This document shows, piece after piece, positions 45,504-57,004 of a stretch of DNA of 64,000 nt. A program made the translations under genes and the position numbers. The stretch covers positions 1,862,001 to 1,926,000 of the forward strand of contig CM075995.1 in NCBI GenBank assembly GCA_038087875.1. Reading direction: 5' to 3'. Every line of letters starts with the position of its first letter. Position 1 is the stretch's first letter. This stretch comes from Malacoraja senta. Its lineage: Eukaryota. The notes beneath the pieces were generated by a model that searched no databases, had not been told where the DNA came from, and worked only from the letters and a program-made list of their open reading frames with translations.

Positions 45504-47060
45504 TGAGTCTGTTCCACTTAGGTGATTTTTTAGGCGACTACAGGCGGCCTGGCTGTCACCACATGGTCGCCGGGGTGTCGCCTGTATGGTCGTGAGAGGT
45601 CACAAGGGGCCACAGTTTAAGAATAAGGAGTAAGCCATTTAGAACGGAGACGAGGAAACACTTTTTCTCACAGAGAGTGGTGAGTCTGTGGAATTCTCTG
45701 CCTCAGAGGGCGGTGGAGGCAGGTTCTCTGGATGCTTTCAAGAGAGAGCTAGATAGGGCCTCTTTAAAATAGCGGAGTCAGGGGATATGGGAAGAAGGCA
45801 GGAACGGGGTACTGATTGGGGACGATCAGCCATGATCACATTGAATGGCGGTGCTGGCTGGAAGGGCCGAATGGCCTACTCCTGCACCTATTGTCTATTG
45901 TCTATTGTCTATTGTCTCCTCAGTCGTGCAAAGAGTTGTGGCGTCTTTCTGGTCACCGCAACATTTTCGACATGTTGAACATTTTTCGGCGACAGTGGGT
46001 TTGACGCATTTGAGTGTATCTTGACTTCTCCTGACTTAGGTGCTATGGTAGGTTGTCGCCAGGTTAACGTAGGTTGTCGCCAGGATGACGTAGGTTGTCG
46101 CCAGGTTAACGTAGGTTGTCGCCAGGTTAACGTAGGTTATCGCCAGGATGACGTAGGTTGTCGCCAGGTTAACGTAGGTTATCGCCAGGTTAACGTAGGT
46201 TGTCGCCAGGTTGACGTAGGTTGTCGCCAGGTTAACGTAGGTTGTCGCCAGGTTAACGTAGGTTGTCGCCAGGTTGACGTAGGTTGTCGCCAGGTTGACG
46301 TAGGTTGTCACCAGGTTAACGTAGGTTGTCGCCAGGTTGACGTAGGTTGTCGCCAGGATGACGTAGGTTGTCGCCAGGTTAACGTAGGTTGTCGCCAGGT
46401 TAACGTAGGTTGTCGCCAGGTTAACGTAGGTTGTCGCCAGGTTGACGTAGGTTGTCGCCAGGTTAACGTAGGTTGTCGCCAGGTTAACGTAGGTTGTCGC
46501 CAGGTTGACGTAGGTTGTCACCAGGTTAACGTAGGTTGTCGCCAGGTTGACGTAGGTTGTCGCCAGGTTAACGTAGGTTGTCGCCAGGTTGACGTAGGTT
46601 GTTGCCAGGTTGACGTAGGTTGTCGCCAGGATGACGTAGGTTGTCGCCAGGTTAACGTAGGTTGTCGCCAGGTTGACGTAGGTTGTCGCCAGGTTGACGT
46701 AGGTTGTCGCCAGGTTAACGTAGGTTGTCGCCAGGTTGACGTAGGTTGTCGCCAGGATGACGTAGGTTGTCGCCGGTGCTGACTTCGGCGAATTCCATTG
46801 GCGATTACCTACTCCAACCTCCGTCAACCGGCGACAGGTACCGACGACTGAATTGTCTTACCTTGTCGTAGCTTGTCGCTGTGTGGTTGTAGGTGAACGT
46901 CCTTATGGTCGCCCGTTGTCAGTAGCTCGCCGTAGCTTGGGAGGTAGGTTGTTGTAGACATTGTCGTAACGGCGTCCAGTCGCTGTTTTTTCGGCGACCG
47001 GCTACGACTATGACAGTCGCTGGCAGTCGCAGAAAAAATCGCCTAAGTGGGACAGGCCCA
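45504..47060. mobile_element. PIF/Harbinger-like MITE 5 carrying a CR1 fragment (~45600-45918) and a 21-bp array
   Basis: TIR TGRGYCTGTYCCACTTAGGYGATTTTT; TAA TSD at 45501-45503 and 47061-47063. Confidence 0.8.
46048..46774. repeat. 21-bp minisatellite GTAGGTTGTCGCCAGGWTRAC, 34.6 copies
   Basis: Exact 21-bp phase from 46048 to 46762; only point variants. Confidence 0.98.
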
Positions 47061-47479
47061 TAAGACTATCCTACACACTAGAGGCAATTTTACAATTTTG
47101 CGGAATCCAATTAACCTACAGACAAGTACAGCTTTTGGAATTTGGGAGGAGACTGGAGCACCCGGGGAAAACCCACACGGTCACGCGGTAGAACGAACAA
47201 ACTCCGTACAGACAGCGCCCGTAGTCAGGATCGAACCCGGGTCTCTGGCGCTGCAAGGCAGCAACTCTACCGCCGCGCCACAACTCCAGCACCTTGTGTC
47301 TTGCTCGGGAACTTTGTGCCTGTGGTCAGGATTGAACCCAGGACTCTGACAGAAAATATCATTTCGGCCTTTCGTGTAACGGTTTAAAAAAACCTTCACT
47401 CCAAATATTCTGTTTGGAGCCGAATATTTCAGTGGATGTCAGGTTGCATTTTGCTTTAGGTTTATCAAACGGAATGAGG

Positions 47480-48080
47480 TTCCCCATGATGTCATCGGCG
47501 AATTTAAAGATGGAGGTGGAACTGTGTCAGGCTGCACAGTGATGAGTAGAGAGAGAGTAGAGCAGGGGGCTGAGCACACAGCCTTGAGGTGTTCCAGTGC
47601 TGATGGCTATAGAGGAGGATGTGTTACATAGAAACATAGAAAAATAGAAAATAGGAGCAGGAGTAGGCCATTCGGCCCTTCGAGCCAGCACCACCATTCA
47701 ATATGATCATGGCTGATCATCCAAAATCAGTACACCATTCCTGCCTTTTTCCCCATATCCCTTGATTCCTTTAGCCCTAAGAGCTATATCTAACTCTCTC
47801 TTGAAAACATCCAGTGAATTGGCCTCCACTACCTTCTGTGGTAGAGAATTCCACAGATTCACAACACTCTGGGTGAAAAAGTTTTTCCTCATCTCAGTCA
47901 TAAATGGCCTACCCCTTATCCTTAAACTGTGAACACCTGGTTCAGGACTCCCCCAACATGGGGACCATTTTTCCTGCATCTCGCCTGTTCAATCCCTTAA
48001 GAATTTGATCTGTTTCTCTAAGATTGGCAGTGTTGCTGCTAATTCGTACTGATTGTGGTTTGTTGATGAGGAAGTCGAGG
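47480..48080 (-). mobile_element. Rex1/Babar RT fragment interrupted by a CR1 3' end (~47625-48022)
   Basis: VLDFLINKPQSVRI...STGTPQGCVLSPLLYSL...FKFADD in antisense. Confidence 0.7.
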
Positions 48081-49230
48081 ACATAGGAGATTAGTGGGCA
48101 AAATTAGGGCACATGGTATTGGGGGTGGAGTGCTGACATGGATAGAAAATTGGTTGGCAGACAGGAAACAAAGAGTAGGGATTAACGGGTCCCTTTCAGA
48201 ATGGCAGGCAGTGACTAGTGGGGTACCGCAAGGCTCGGTGCTGGGACCGCAGCTATTTACAATATACATCAATGATTTAGATGAAGGGATTCAAAGTAAC
48301 ATTAGCAAATTAGCAGATGGCACAAAGCTGGGTGGCAGTGTGAACTGTGAGGAGGATGCTATGAGAATGCAGGGTGACTTGGACAGGTTGGGTGAGTGGG
48401 CAGATGCTTGGCAGATGCAGTTTAATGTGATTAATGTGAGGTTATCCACTTTGGTAGCAAAAACAGGAAGGCAGATTTCTATCTAAATGGCATCAAGTTG
48501 GGAAAAGGGGAAGTACAACGGGATCTGGGGGTCCTTGTTCATCAGTCAATGAATGTAAGCATGCAGGTACAGCAGGCAGTGAAGAAAGCGAATGGCATGT
48601 TGGCCTTTATAGCAAGAGGAGTTGAGTATAGGATCAAAGAGGCCCTTCTGCAGTTATACAGAGCCCTAGTGAGCCCTAGTGTTGTGTGCAGTTTTGGTCC
48701 CCTAATTTGAGGAAGGACATTCTTGATATTGAGGGTGTGCAGCGTAGGTTTACAAGGTGAATTCCCGCGATGGCGGGACTGTCATATGCTGAGAGAATGG
48801 AGCGGCTGGGCTTGTATACTCTGGAGTTTAGAAGGATGAGAGGTTATCTTATTGAAACATATAAGATTATTAAGGGTTTGAACACGCTAGAGGCAGGAAA
48901 CATGTTCCCGATGTTGGGGGAGTCCAGAACCAGGGGCCACAGTTTAAGAATAAGGGGTAAGCCATTTAGAACGGAGACGAGGAAATACTTTTTCTCACAG
49001 AGAGTTGTGAGTCTGTGGAATTCTCGGCCTCAGAGGGCGGTGGAGGCAGGTTCTCTGGATGCTTTCAAGAGAGAGCTAGATAGGGCTCTTAAAAATAGCG
49101 GAGTCAGGGGAGATGGGGAGAAGGCAGGAACGGGGTACTGATTGGGGATGATCAGCCATGATCACAGTGAATGGAGGTGCTGGCTCAAAGGGTCGAATGG
49201 CCTACTCCTGCACCTATTGCCTATTGTGTA
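48080..49230 (+). mobile_element. CR1 RT-to-3' fragment (frameshifted)
   Basis: ORFs 48094..48486, 48498..48710, 48770..49141. Confidence 0.92.
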
Positions 49231-49534
49231 TTGATCCAGTTGCAGAGAGATGCGCAGAGACCAAGCTCCATGAGCTTGGTAACCATATTTGTTGTTGTTG
49301 TTGTTGTTGTTGTTTATTTTTGTTTTTCAATCAAAAAGAATTATTCAAATATTGAAACATTATATACAATACAATATAACCAAAACAGAAACCACCACCA
49401 TAATACAAGACAAACAAATATACTAAATAAACTATTATACAACTATGTTATAATCCTTGTCAAGGATGCATTCAACCCCCCCGCGGTGCCCAGTGGCAGT
49501 GAAAGGCGGTGGGTACACCTGAACCAGGTAGACC

Positions 49535-50057
49535 AAACAATAGACAATAGACAATAGATTCGAGCCAGCACCGCCATTCAATGTGATCATGGCTGATCAT
49601 CCACAATCAGTACCCTGTTCCTGCCTTCTCCCCATATCCCCTGACTCCGCTATCTTTAAGAGCGGTATGTTGAAAGTCTCCAGAGAACCGGCCTCCACCG
49701 CCCTCTGAGGCAGAGAATTCCACAGACTCACAACTCTCTGTGTGAAAAAATGTTTCCTCATCTCTGTTCTAAATGGCCTACCCCTTATTCTTAAACTGTG
49801 ACCCCTGGTTCTGGACTCCCCCAACATCGGGAACATGTTTCCTGCCTCGAGCGTGACCAAACCCTTAACAATCTTTTATGTTTCAATAAGATGCCCTCTC
49901 ATCCTTCTAAATTCCAGAGGACACAAGCCAAGCCGCTCCATTCTCTCAGCATATGACAGTCCCGCCATCCTGGGAATTAACCTTGTGAACCTACGCAGCA
50001 TTCACTCAATAGCAAGAATGTCCTTCCTCAAATGCGGAGACCAAAACTGCACACAAT
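49535..50057 (-). mobile_element. CR1 3' fragment
   Basis: ORF 49597..49860; (AATAGAC)n tail. Confidence 0.88.
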
Positions 50058-50112
50058 GCATGCAGCTTGAGATTAGAATGTAGATTGCGATTTCAACTCG
50101 CTCTCATTGCAG

Positions 50113-50219
50113 GTTCCTATTCTCAATAATATCATCGAGGGATGGACGTAAATGAGGCCAGATGCTCTCCCATTGAGAAGGAAGGAAGATCAGATGGCAC
50201 ACCAGCTGTGTGGCTCCTG
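50113..50219 (+). other. Candidate exon, possibly first coding exon (MDVNEARCSPIEKEGRSDGTPAVWLL)
   Basis: Acceptor CTCTCATTGCAG, Kozak-like GGGATGG at ATG 50142, donor CTG|GTAAGA; product not recognised. Confidence 0.3.
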
Positions 50220-51004
50220 GTAAGAGACTCATCTGCCTAGTCCTCCAGCTAGGTAATGTTGCATGACCCAAGGAAGTACTAACAACAACAAAATAACTTG
50301 TCACAGAAAACATTAACAGATAAATTGCCCAATTAAAATTGTAAATCTCACTCTCTCTTGAAAGCATCCAGTGGATTGGCCTCCACTGCCTTCTGTTCTT
50401 TTGACAAGATTTGATCATCGTTCAGCAGGTCTCTTTTTACGTTTACCAAATATAACTTTTAGTTTAAGTTAGACAAAAATGCTGGAAAAACTCAGCGGGT
50501 GCAGTTCTTTCTTAAACATTTTAACTTTTTGTTTAGTTTAGTTTTACTTTGGTTTAGAGATACAATGTGGAAATAGGCCCTTCCGCCATAAAATATCCAT
50601 TGACCTGGCCTCCACAGCCGTCCGTGGCAATGAATTCCACAGATTCACCACCCTCTGACTAAAGAAATTCCTCCTCATCTCCTTTCTAAAGGTTCATTCT
50701 TTTATTCTGAGGCTGTGACCTCTGGTCCTAGATGCTTCGCTCGTGGAAACATCCTCTCCACATCCCCCTCTATCCAGGCCTTTCACTATTCGATATACAA
50801 TTATATCTGAAAACTGGACACCTTTAATTCTGTACTCAGTGTGTGATTTGAAACCTCGGATCAACGTTCCCCATATATGAGTGTACATGGCTGCTGTTGA
50901 TCTAACTTCTCATCTAAATTTTCGTTATTTTACTAAATATATCTTTTCAAGGTTGGTCCAAATGAAGATCGATAGTTTTTACAAGCATTCCACATTTAAA
51001 AAGG

Positions 51005-51840
51005 CGTTGCTGCCTTACAGCACCAGAGTCCCAGGTTCGATCCTGACTACGGGTGCTGCCTTTACTGAGTTTGTACGTTCTCCCCCGTGACCTGCGTGGG
51101 TTTTCTCCGAGATCCTCGGTTTCCTCCCACACTCCATAAGACGTACAGGTTTATAGGTTTATTAGCTTGGTATCAATGTAAATTCTCCCTGGCGTGTGAA
51201 CGATAGTGTGAGTGTGCGGGGATCACTGGTCGGTGCGGACTCAGTGGGCCAAAGGGCCTGATTCCGCAGTTTATCGCTAAACTAAACTAAATTAGACTAA
51301 ACTAAACTATAACAAATTAGCTTTTCAGTTCCCCTTTAAAACTTTGCCTTGACTTTTAAAACTAACAAAGGACATTTAGTTTACAGAAGGGTTAGCAGAG
51401 GTATTGAGCCAGGGCATTGAAAGGCCATCTATTCCACAGGAAGACCTCTACAGGAGGTCTCATTCATGTTTAGCCTGACTTCAAAATTTGGATCATCTTT
51501 GAGTTTGAGTTTGAACTTAGTTTATTGTCACGTATATCAAGGTACAGTTTAGATTAGAGATACAGCGCGGAAACAGGCCCCTCGGTCCACTGGGTCCGCA
51601 CCGACCAGCCAAGCCCACGCACTAACACTACCCTACACACACTAGGGACAATTTCACATTTTATACCAAGCCAATCAGCCTACAAACCTGTACGTCTTTG
51701 GAGTGTGGGAGGAAACTGAAAATCTCGGAGAAAACCCACGCAGGTCACGGGGAGAACGTACAGACAGCACATCCATTGTCAGGATCAAACCCGGGTCTCT
51801 GGCACCGTAAGGCAGCAACTCCACCGCTAAGCCACTGTGC
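51005..51840. mobile_element. Two HE1-like SINEs (plus ~51005-51310; minus ~51545-51840)
   Basis: Head, V-domain and tail motifs. Confidence 0.8.
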
Positions 51841-51931
51841 ATTTTACTATTCGAGAAACACAGCTACAAACTTTTACATTTAGAATAGACTTTAAAAAAA
51901 TACTGGGAATCGCTATCAATATTCCATCTTG

Positions 51932-52240
51932 GACTCAATCACAGTCTGGTACGGAAACACTGACAGTCATTCACTACACAGAATACAGCGCATTGTCTCC
52001 AAGGCCTCTAGGATCATCAACTCTCCCCTCCCCTCAATCCATTCCATTTACCTCCAACGTACCTCAAAACGGGCAACAAAGATCATCTCGGACCCCTCCC
52101 ATCCAGCAAACCACCTTTTCCAGTCTCTCCCTTCAGGGAGGCGCCTTAGGTCACTTGCTACAAAATCCACCCGTTTTAAAAACAGTTTCTTCCCCTTAGC
52201 AATAAGAACACTTAATTCCCTCCAATAACGTTTTGACTTT
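51932..52240 (+). mobile_element. Rex1/Babar C-terminal fragment
   Basis: SITVWYGN...DPSHPANHLFQSLPSGRRLRS...RFKNSFFPLAIRTLN. Confidence 0.85.
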
Positions 52241-52244
52241 GTGT

Positions 52245-53222
52245 TAAAGAAGGAACTGCAGATGCTGGAAAATCGAAGGTACACAAAAATGCTGGAGAAA
52301 CTCAGCGGGTGCAGCAGCATCTATGGAGCGAAGGAAATAGGTAACGTTTCGGGCCGAAACCCTTCTTCAGACTGATAGGGGGTGGGGAGAAGAAAGGAAA
52401 AAAGGAAAAGGAGGAGGAGGAGCCCGAGGGCTGGGGGAGGGGCGGAGACAACCAGATGGCTGATGAAGGGGAGGGGACAGCCAGGGCTAGCAGAATTGGG
52501 AGAATTCAACGTTCAGGCCACCAGGATGTAGACTGCCCAAGCGGAATATGAGGTGCATTTCCTCCAATTTACGGTGTTGCTCGCTGTGGCCATGGAGGAG
52601 ACCCAGGACAGAGAGGTCAGATACGGAATGGGAGGGGGAGTTGAAGTGCTGAGCCACCGGGAGTTCAGGTTGGTTATTGCGGACCGACCGGAGGTGTTCG
52701 GCGAAACGATCGCCAAGCCTCCGCTTGGTCTCACCGATGTAGATCAGCTGGCATCTAGAGCAGCGAATGCAATAGATGAGGTTGGAGGAGATGCAGGTGA
52801 ACCTCTGTCGCACCTGGAACGACTGCTTGGGTCCTGGAATGGAGTGGAGGGGGTAAGTGAAGGGACAAGTGTTGCATCTCTTGCGGTTGCAAGGGAAAGT
52901 ACCAGGGGAGGGGGTGGTATGGGAGGGAAGGGAAGAATTGACAAGGGAGTTACGGAGGGAGCGGTCTTTGCGGAAGGCAGACATAGGGGGAGATGGGAAG
53001 ATGTGGCGAGTGGTGGGGTCACGTTGGAGGTGGCGGAACTGACGGAGGATCACTTGTTGTATGTGACGGCTGGTGGGGTGAAAGGTGAGGACTAGGGGGA
53101 CTCTGCCCTTGTTGTGAGTGGGGGGATGGGGAGAGAGAGCAGTGTTGCGGGGTATGGCAGAGACCCTGGTGAGAGCCTCATCTATGGTGGAGGAGGGGAA
53201 CCCCCGTTCCCTGAAGAATGAT
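52245..53222 (-). mobile_element. Penelope-like element 3' part (open thumb/GIY-YIG frame, hammerhead-like core near 52343-52372)
   Basis: FRERGFP...VPLVLTFHP...CNRKRCNTC...IYIGET; near-identical to 18140-19082. Confidence 0.9.
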
Positions 53223-53464
53223 AGGGATAAGCCTACAAACCTGTACGTCTTTGGAGTGTGGGAGGAAACTGAAAATCTCGGAGAAAACCCACGCAGGTCA
53301 CGGGGAGAACGTACAGTCAGCACATCCATTGTCAGGATCAAACCCGGGTCTCTGGCACCTAAGCCACTGTGCATTTTACTATTCGAGAAACACAGCTACA
53401 AACCTTTACATTTAGAATAGACTTTAAAAAAATACTGGGAATCGCTAACAATATTCCATCTTGA

Positions 53465-53930
53465 CAAGTTAACTTCGCAGGAAATTTTCCCTCAAATAAA
53501 ATTCTGGGGAACCGGATCCAAGTGGAAAAACTGACATTAAAAATAGGTGAAATGTAAGGTTATTTTATCGTTCAAAGCACCCTGAAGGTTTACGACAATG
53601 CAGAACAAATGGCCGTTTTTAAGAGGATTGTGTGGAATATATAACATTGTAGACAGCTGTTTGGCACGACAGAAAAGGTACCATTACCTTTTTATCAACT
53701 GTGGTGCTTTTTTTTTTTTTTTTTGTCTATCCTTTTTTTCCCACCTGATAAAATTAGTCTCCGAAGCCTGAGGGGCAGAATGAATAGAGAAATGTGGTAT
53801 CAGCAGTTAGATTAGACTGTCAGCTTCAAACAGCCTCCTGAGCACTTCCCTGCCAGAGTGCAGATAAGAGGGAAAAGGTGAATGTGAACACTTGTCACAC
53901 CAGATGGTGCCTTTGATTTGATGTAGGATG
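53465..53930. promoter_or_regulatory. Unique island with clustered GATA, E-box and TCF-type motifs (candidate enhancer)
   Basis: TTATCA, TGATAA, AGATAA, CACCTG, CAGATG, CTTTGAT; motif presence only. Confidence 0.3.
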
Positions 53931-54279
53931 GGAGAGGAGGGGGGTGGGGGGGAGGGAGGGGGGGGGGGGATGAAAAGCTTACTCCATTAGGCACTCCTCC
54001 ACGGCTGGGGTCCTGTCCTTGAGCACTCCAGTCGTAGATCAACAGTCCAGTTTAAACACACAGGAGACGAGGACACTATTCCAATGACTTCTAAACATTA
54101 GATAGCACATTGCCACCAAGCCCAAGGTCTTCCTTTGTCCGCCCAACAGCGGGAGGAGCAGCATTCTGCATCAAGAGCAGGGCATCGGAAACTATTATCG
54201 TTTTCAGCCCTGTTAAATTCTATAAACATTTGGCTGGGGATTGCCCCTCTTCTAAGATAATTCTGACATATTGTGCGCA

Positions 54280-55672
54280 AACATAGAAAATAGGTGCAGG
54301 AGTAGGCCATTCGGCCCATCAAGTATCCTGTACCTGCTTTCTCTCCATACCCCCTGATCCCTTTAGCCACAAGGGCCACATCTAACTCCCTCTTAAATAT
54401 AGCCAATGAACTGGCCTCAACTACATTCTGTGGCAGAGAATTCCAGAGATTCACCACTCTCTGTGTGAAAAATGTTTTTCTCATCTCAGTCCCAAAAGAT
54501 TTCCCCTTTATCCTTAAACTGTGACCCCTTGTTCTGGACTTCCCCAACATCGGGAACAATCTTCCTGCATCTAGCCTGTCCAACCCCTTAAGAATTTTGT
54601 AAGTTTCTATAAGATCCCCCCTCAGTCTTCTAAATTCCAGCGAGTACAAGCCGAGTCTATCCAGTCTTTCCTCATATGAAAGTCCTGACATCCCAGGAAT
54701 CAGTCTGGTGAACCTTCTCTGTATTCCCTCTATGGCAAGAATGTCCTTCCTCAGATTAGGAGACCAAAACTGTACGCAATACTCCAGGTGTGGTCTCACC
54801 AAGACCCTGTAGAACTGCAGTAGAACCTCCCTGCTCATATACTCAAATCCTTTTGCTATGAATGCTAACATACCATTCGCTTTCTTCACTGCCTGCTGCA
54901 CCTGCATGCCCACTTTCAATGACTGGTGTACCATGACATCCAGGTCTCGTTGCATCTCCCCTTTTCCTAATCGGCCACCATTCAGGTAATAGTCTACTTT
55001 CCTGTTTTTGCCACCAAAGTGGATAACCTCACATTTATCCACATTATACTGCATCTGCCATGCATTTGCCCACTCACCCAGCCTATCCAAGTCATCTTGC
55101 AGCCTCCTAGCACCCTCCTCACAGCTAACACTGCCCCCCAGCTTTGTGTCATCCGCAAACTTGGAGATGTTGCATTCAATTCCCTCATCCAAATCATTCA
55201 TATATATTGTAAATAGCTGAGGTCCCAGCACTGAGCCTTGCGGTACCCCACTAGTCACTGCCTGCCATTCTGAAAAGGACCTGTTTACTCCTATTCTTTG
55301 CTTCCTGTCTGCCAGCCAGTTCTCTATCCACATCAATACTGAACCCCCAATACCGTGTGCTTTAAGTTTGTATATTAACTCTTATGTGGTACCTTGTCGA
55401 AAGCCTTTAGAAAGTCCAGATATAACACATCCACTGGTTCTCCCTTATCCATTCTACTAGTTACATCCTCGAAAAATTCTATAAGATTCGTCAGACATGA
55501 TTTACCTTTCATAAATCCATGCTGACTTTGTCCAATGATTTCACCATTTTCCAAATGTGTTGCTATCCCATCTTTAATAACTGACTCTAGCAGTTTCCCC
55601 ACTACCGATGTTAGACTAACTGGTCTGTAATTCCCTGTTTTCTCTCTCCCTCCCTTTTTAAAAAGTGGGGTG
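54280..55672 (-). mobile_element. Young CR1, longest RT fragment in the window
   Basis: ORFs 55375..55602 and 54098..55336 cover [21 protein letters not shown] and FADD. Confidence 0.95.
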
Positions 55673-55676
55673 ACAA

Positions 55677-56020
55677 AGTCATGAGAGGAACAAGATCGGG
55701 TAGACGCACAGTGTCTCGTGCCCCGAGTAGGGGAATCGAGAACCAGAGGGCATAGGTTTAAGGTGAGGAGGGGGAAAAGATTTAACAGGGACCTGACGGG
55801 TAACCTTTACACACAAAGGGTGGTGGGTGTATGGAACGAGCTGCCGGAGGTGGTAGTTGAGGCTGGGACTATCCCAACGTTTAGGAAACATTAAGGGCAG
55901 GTTTGGAGGGATATGGTCCAAACACAGGCAGGTGGGACTATTATAGATGGGACATGTTGGTCAGTGTGGGCAAGTTGGGCAGAAGGACCTGTTTCCACGC
56001 TGTATGACTGTATGACTCTA
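55677..56020 (+). mobile_element. CR1-clade (HER1-like) 3' end
   Basis: GGGCAAGTTGGGCAGAAGGACCTGTTTCC and (TATGACTS)n tail. Confidence 0.8.
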
Positions 56021-56281
56021 TGACGCTACTGAGCATGACACAAATGAATGTGCAGATGTTGAGTAGGTCAGAAAAGTTTTTATACTGTGCTTGTTTTGTA
56101 AATGTTTTGTCTTTATTTTTTATTCTGAATTATGTTTACTTTTGGAAATTTAAAAAAATGCTGCCCTACAGGAGCAGTAAGAAGAGGGAGACAATGAGGA
56201 TCCTTGATGATAGAGGCCTCCTTCTTGAGGTGGAGCCAATGGAAGGAATGGGAGTGTTATGCCCATAGCCTGGCTTGAGTC

Positions 56282-56814
56282 TAGGGTTGGCAACTGTCCC
56301 GTATTAGCCGGGACTTCCCGTATATTGGGCTAAATTGGTTTGTCCCATATGGGACCGCCCTTGTCCCGTATTTGACTGCTACTACTAGGGTCGAGGGGAC
56401 TGTCGGGTCAGAGCGCCGCGTGCAACCCCGCCTCACCCGTCCCGACGTAGTGCAGCCCATGGAGTGCGGCAGCAGCAGCGCCTCGCCCGTGGCCCCGTCG
56501 GTCGGCAGCCCGGCAAGCTGTCCGACCTCCGGACCTTCGCTTACCGCCGACACCACCACCACCCCTCCTTCTCATGGCCCGATCATCGGTTCGTGAGTTG
56601 GACGGGGTGCCGGACTTTGCGTGCAACATCGCGCGGCCCGGGCCAAAACTTCTCAGCTGGCCCGTTGGCTGGGCTTTTGTGTGCAGTCCAGCATCCGGGC
56701 CAACTCATCCTTCACCCAGCATGGCCGAGTCGGTCAACGAATTGCCGTCGGGAATTTGTCCCTTATTTCGACCATTTGTCACCTTATTTGGGAGTGAGAA
56801 AGTGGGCAACCCTG
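56282..56814. mobile_element. hAT-like MITE
   Basis: TIR TAGGGTTGGCAACT / AGTGGGCAACCCTG; 8-bp flanks CTTGAGTC and GTTGAGCC (6/8); subterminal TGTCCC repeats. Confidence 0.7.
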
Positions 56815-57004
56815 GTTGAGCCCCACACTGACCCTTCTGTCCTGGGCCTCCTCCATTGCTAGAGTGAGCCAACGCACAAATTGGAGGAACATCACCTCAT
56901 ATTTCATTTGGGGAGCTTTATGAACGTTGAATTCTCTAATTATAAATAAATTCTACTAATACTACCCCTCCCTCCTTGCCCCCTTCCTCCGCCCTAGTCA
57001 TTTT

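Larger units (their letters stand above)
45425..47280 (-). mobile_element. HE1-like SINE split by MITE 5
   Basis: CCCCGTACAC-TAA|...|TAA-GACTATCCTACACAC continuity. Confidence 0.8.

Noticed and set aside
46021..46827. 253-aa and 263-aa repeat ORFs as real proteins, or the array as a CRISPR
   Set aside because: The ORFs result from a stop-free 21-bp unit inside a MITE; there are no unique spacers or cas genes, and the context is eukaryotic
52487..53374. 295-aa ORF as a domesticated GIY-YIG nuclease
   Set aside because: The first ~50 aa come from the duplicated SINE; the remainder is near-identical to other Penelope copies, so it is simply young
54098..55336. 412-aa ORF as a functional reverse transcriptase
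   Set aside because: It lacks the endonuclease and is separated from its upstream RT part by a frame break; the C-terminal extension is read-through after a deletion
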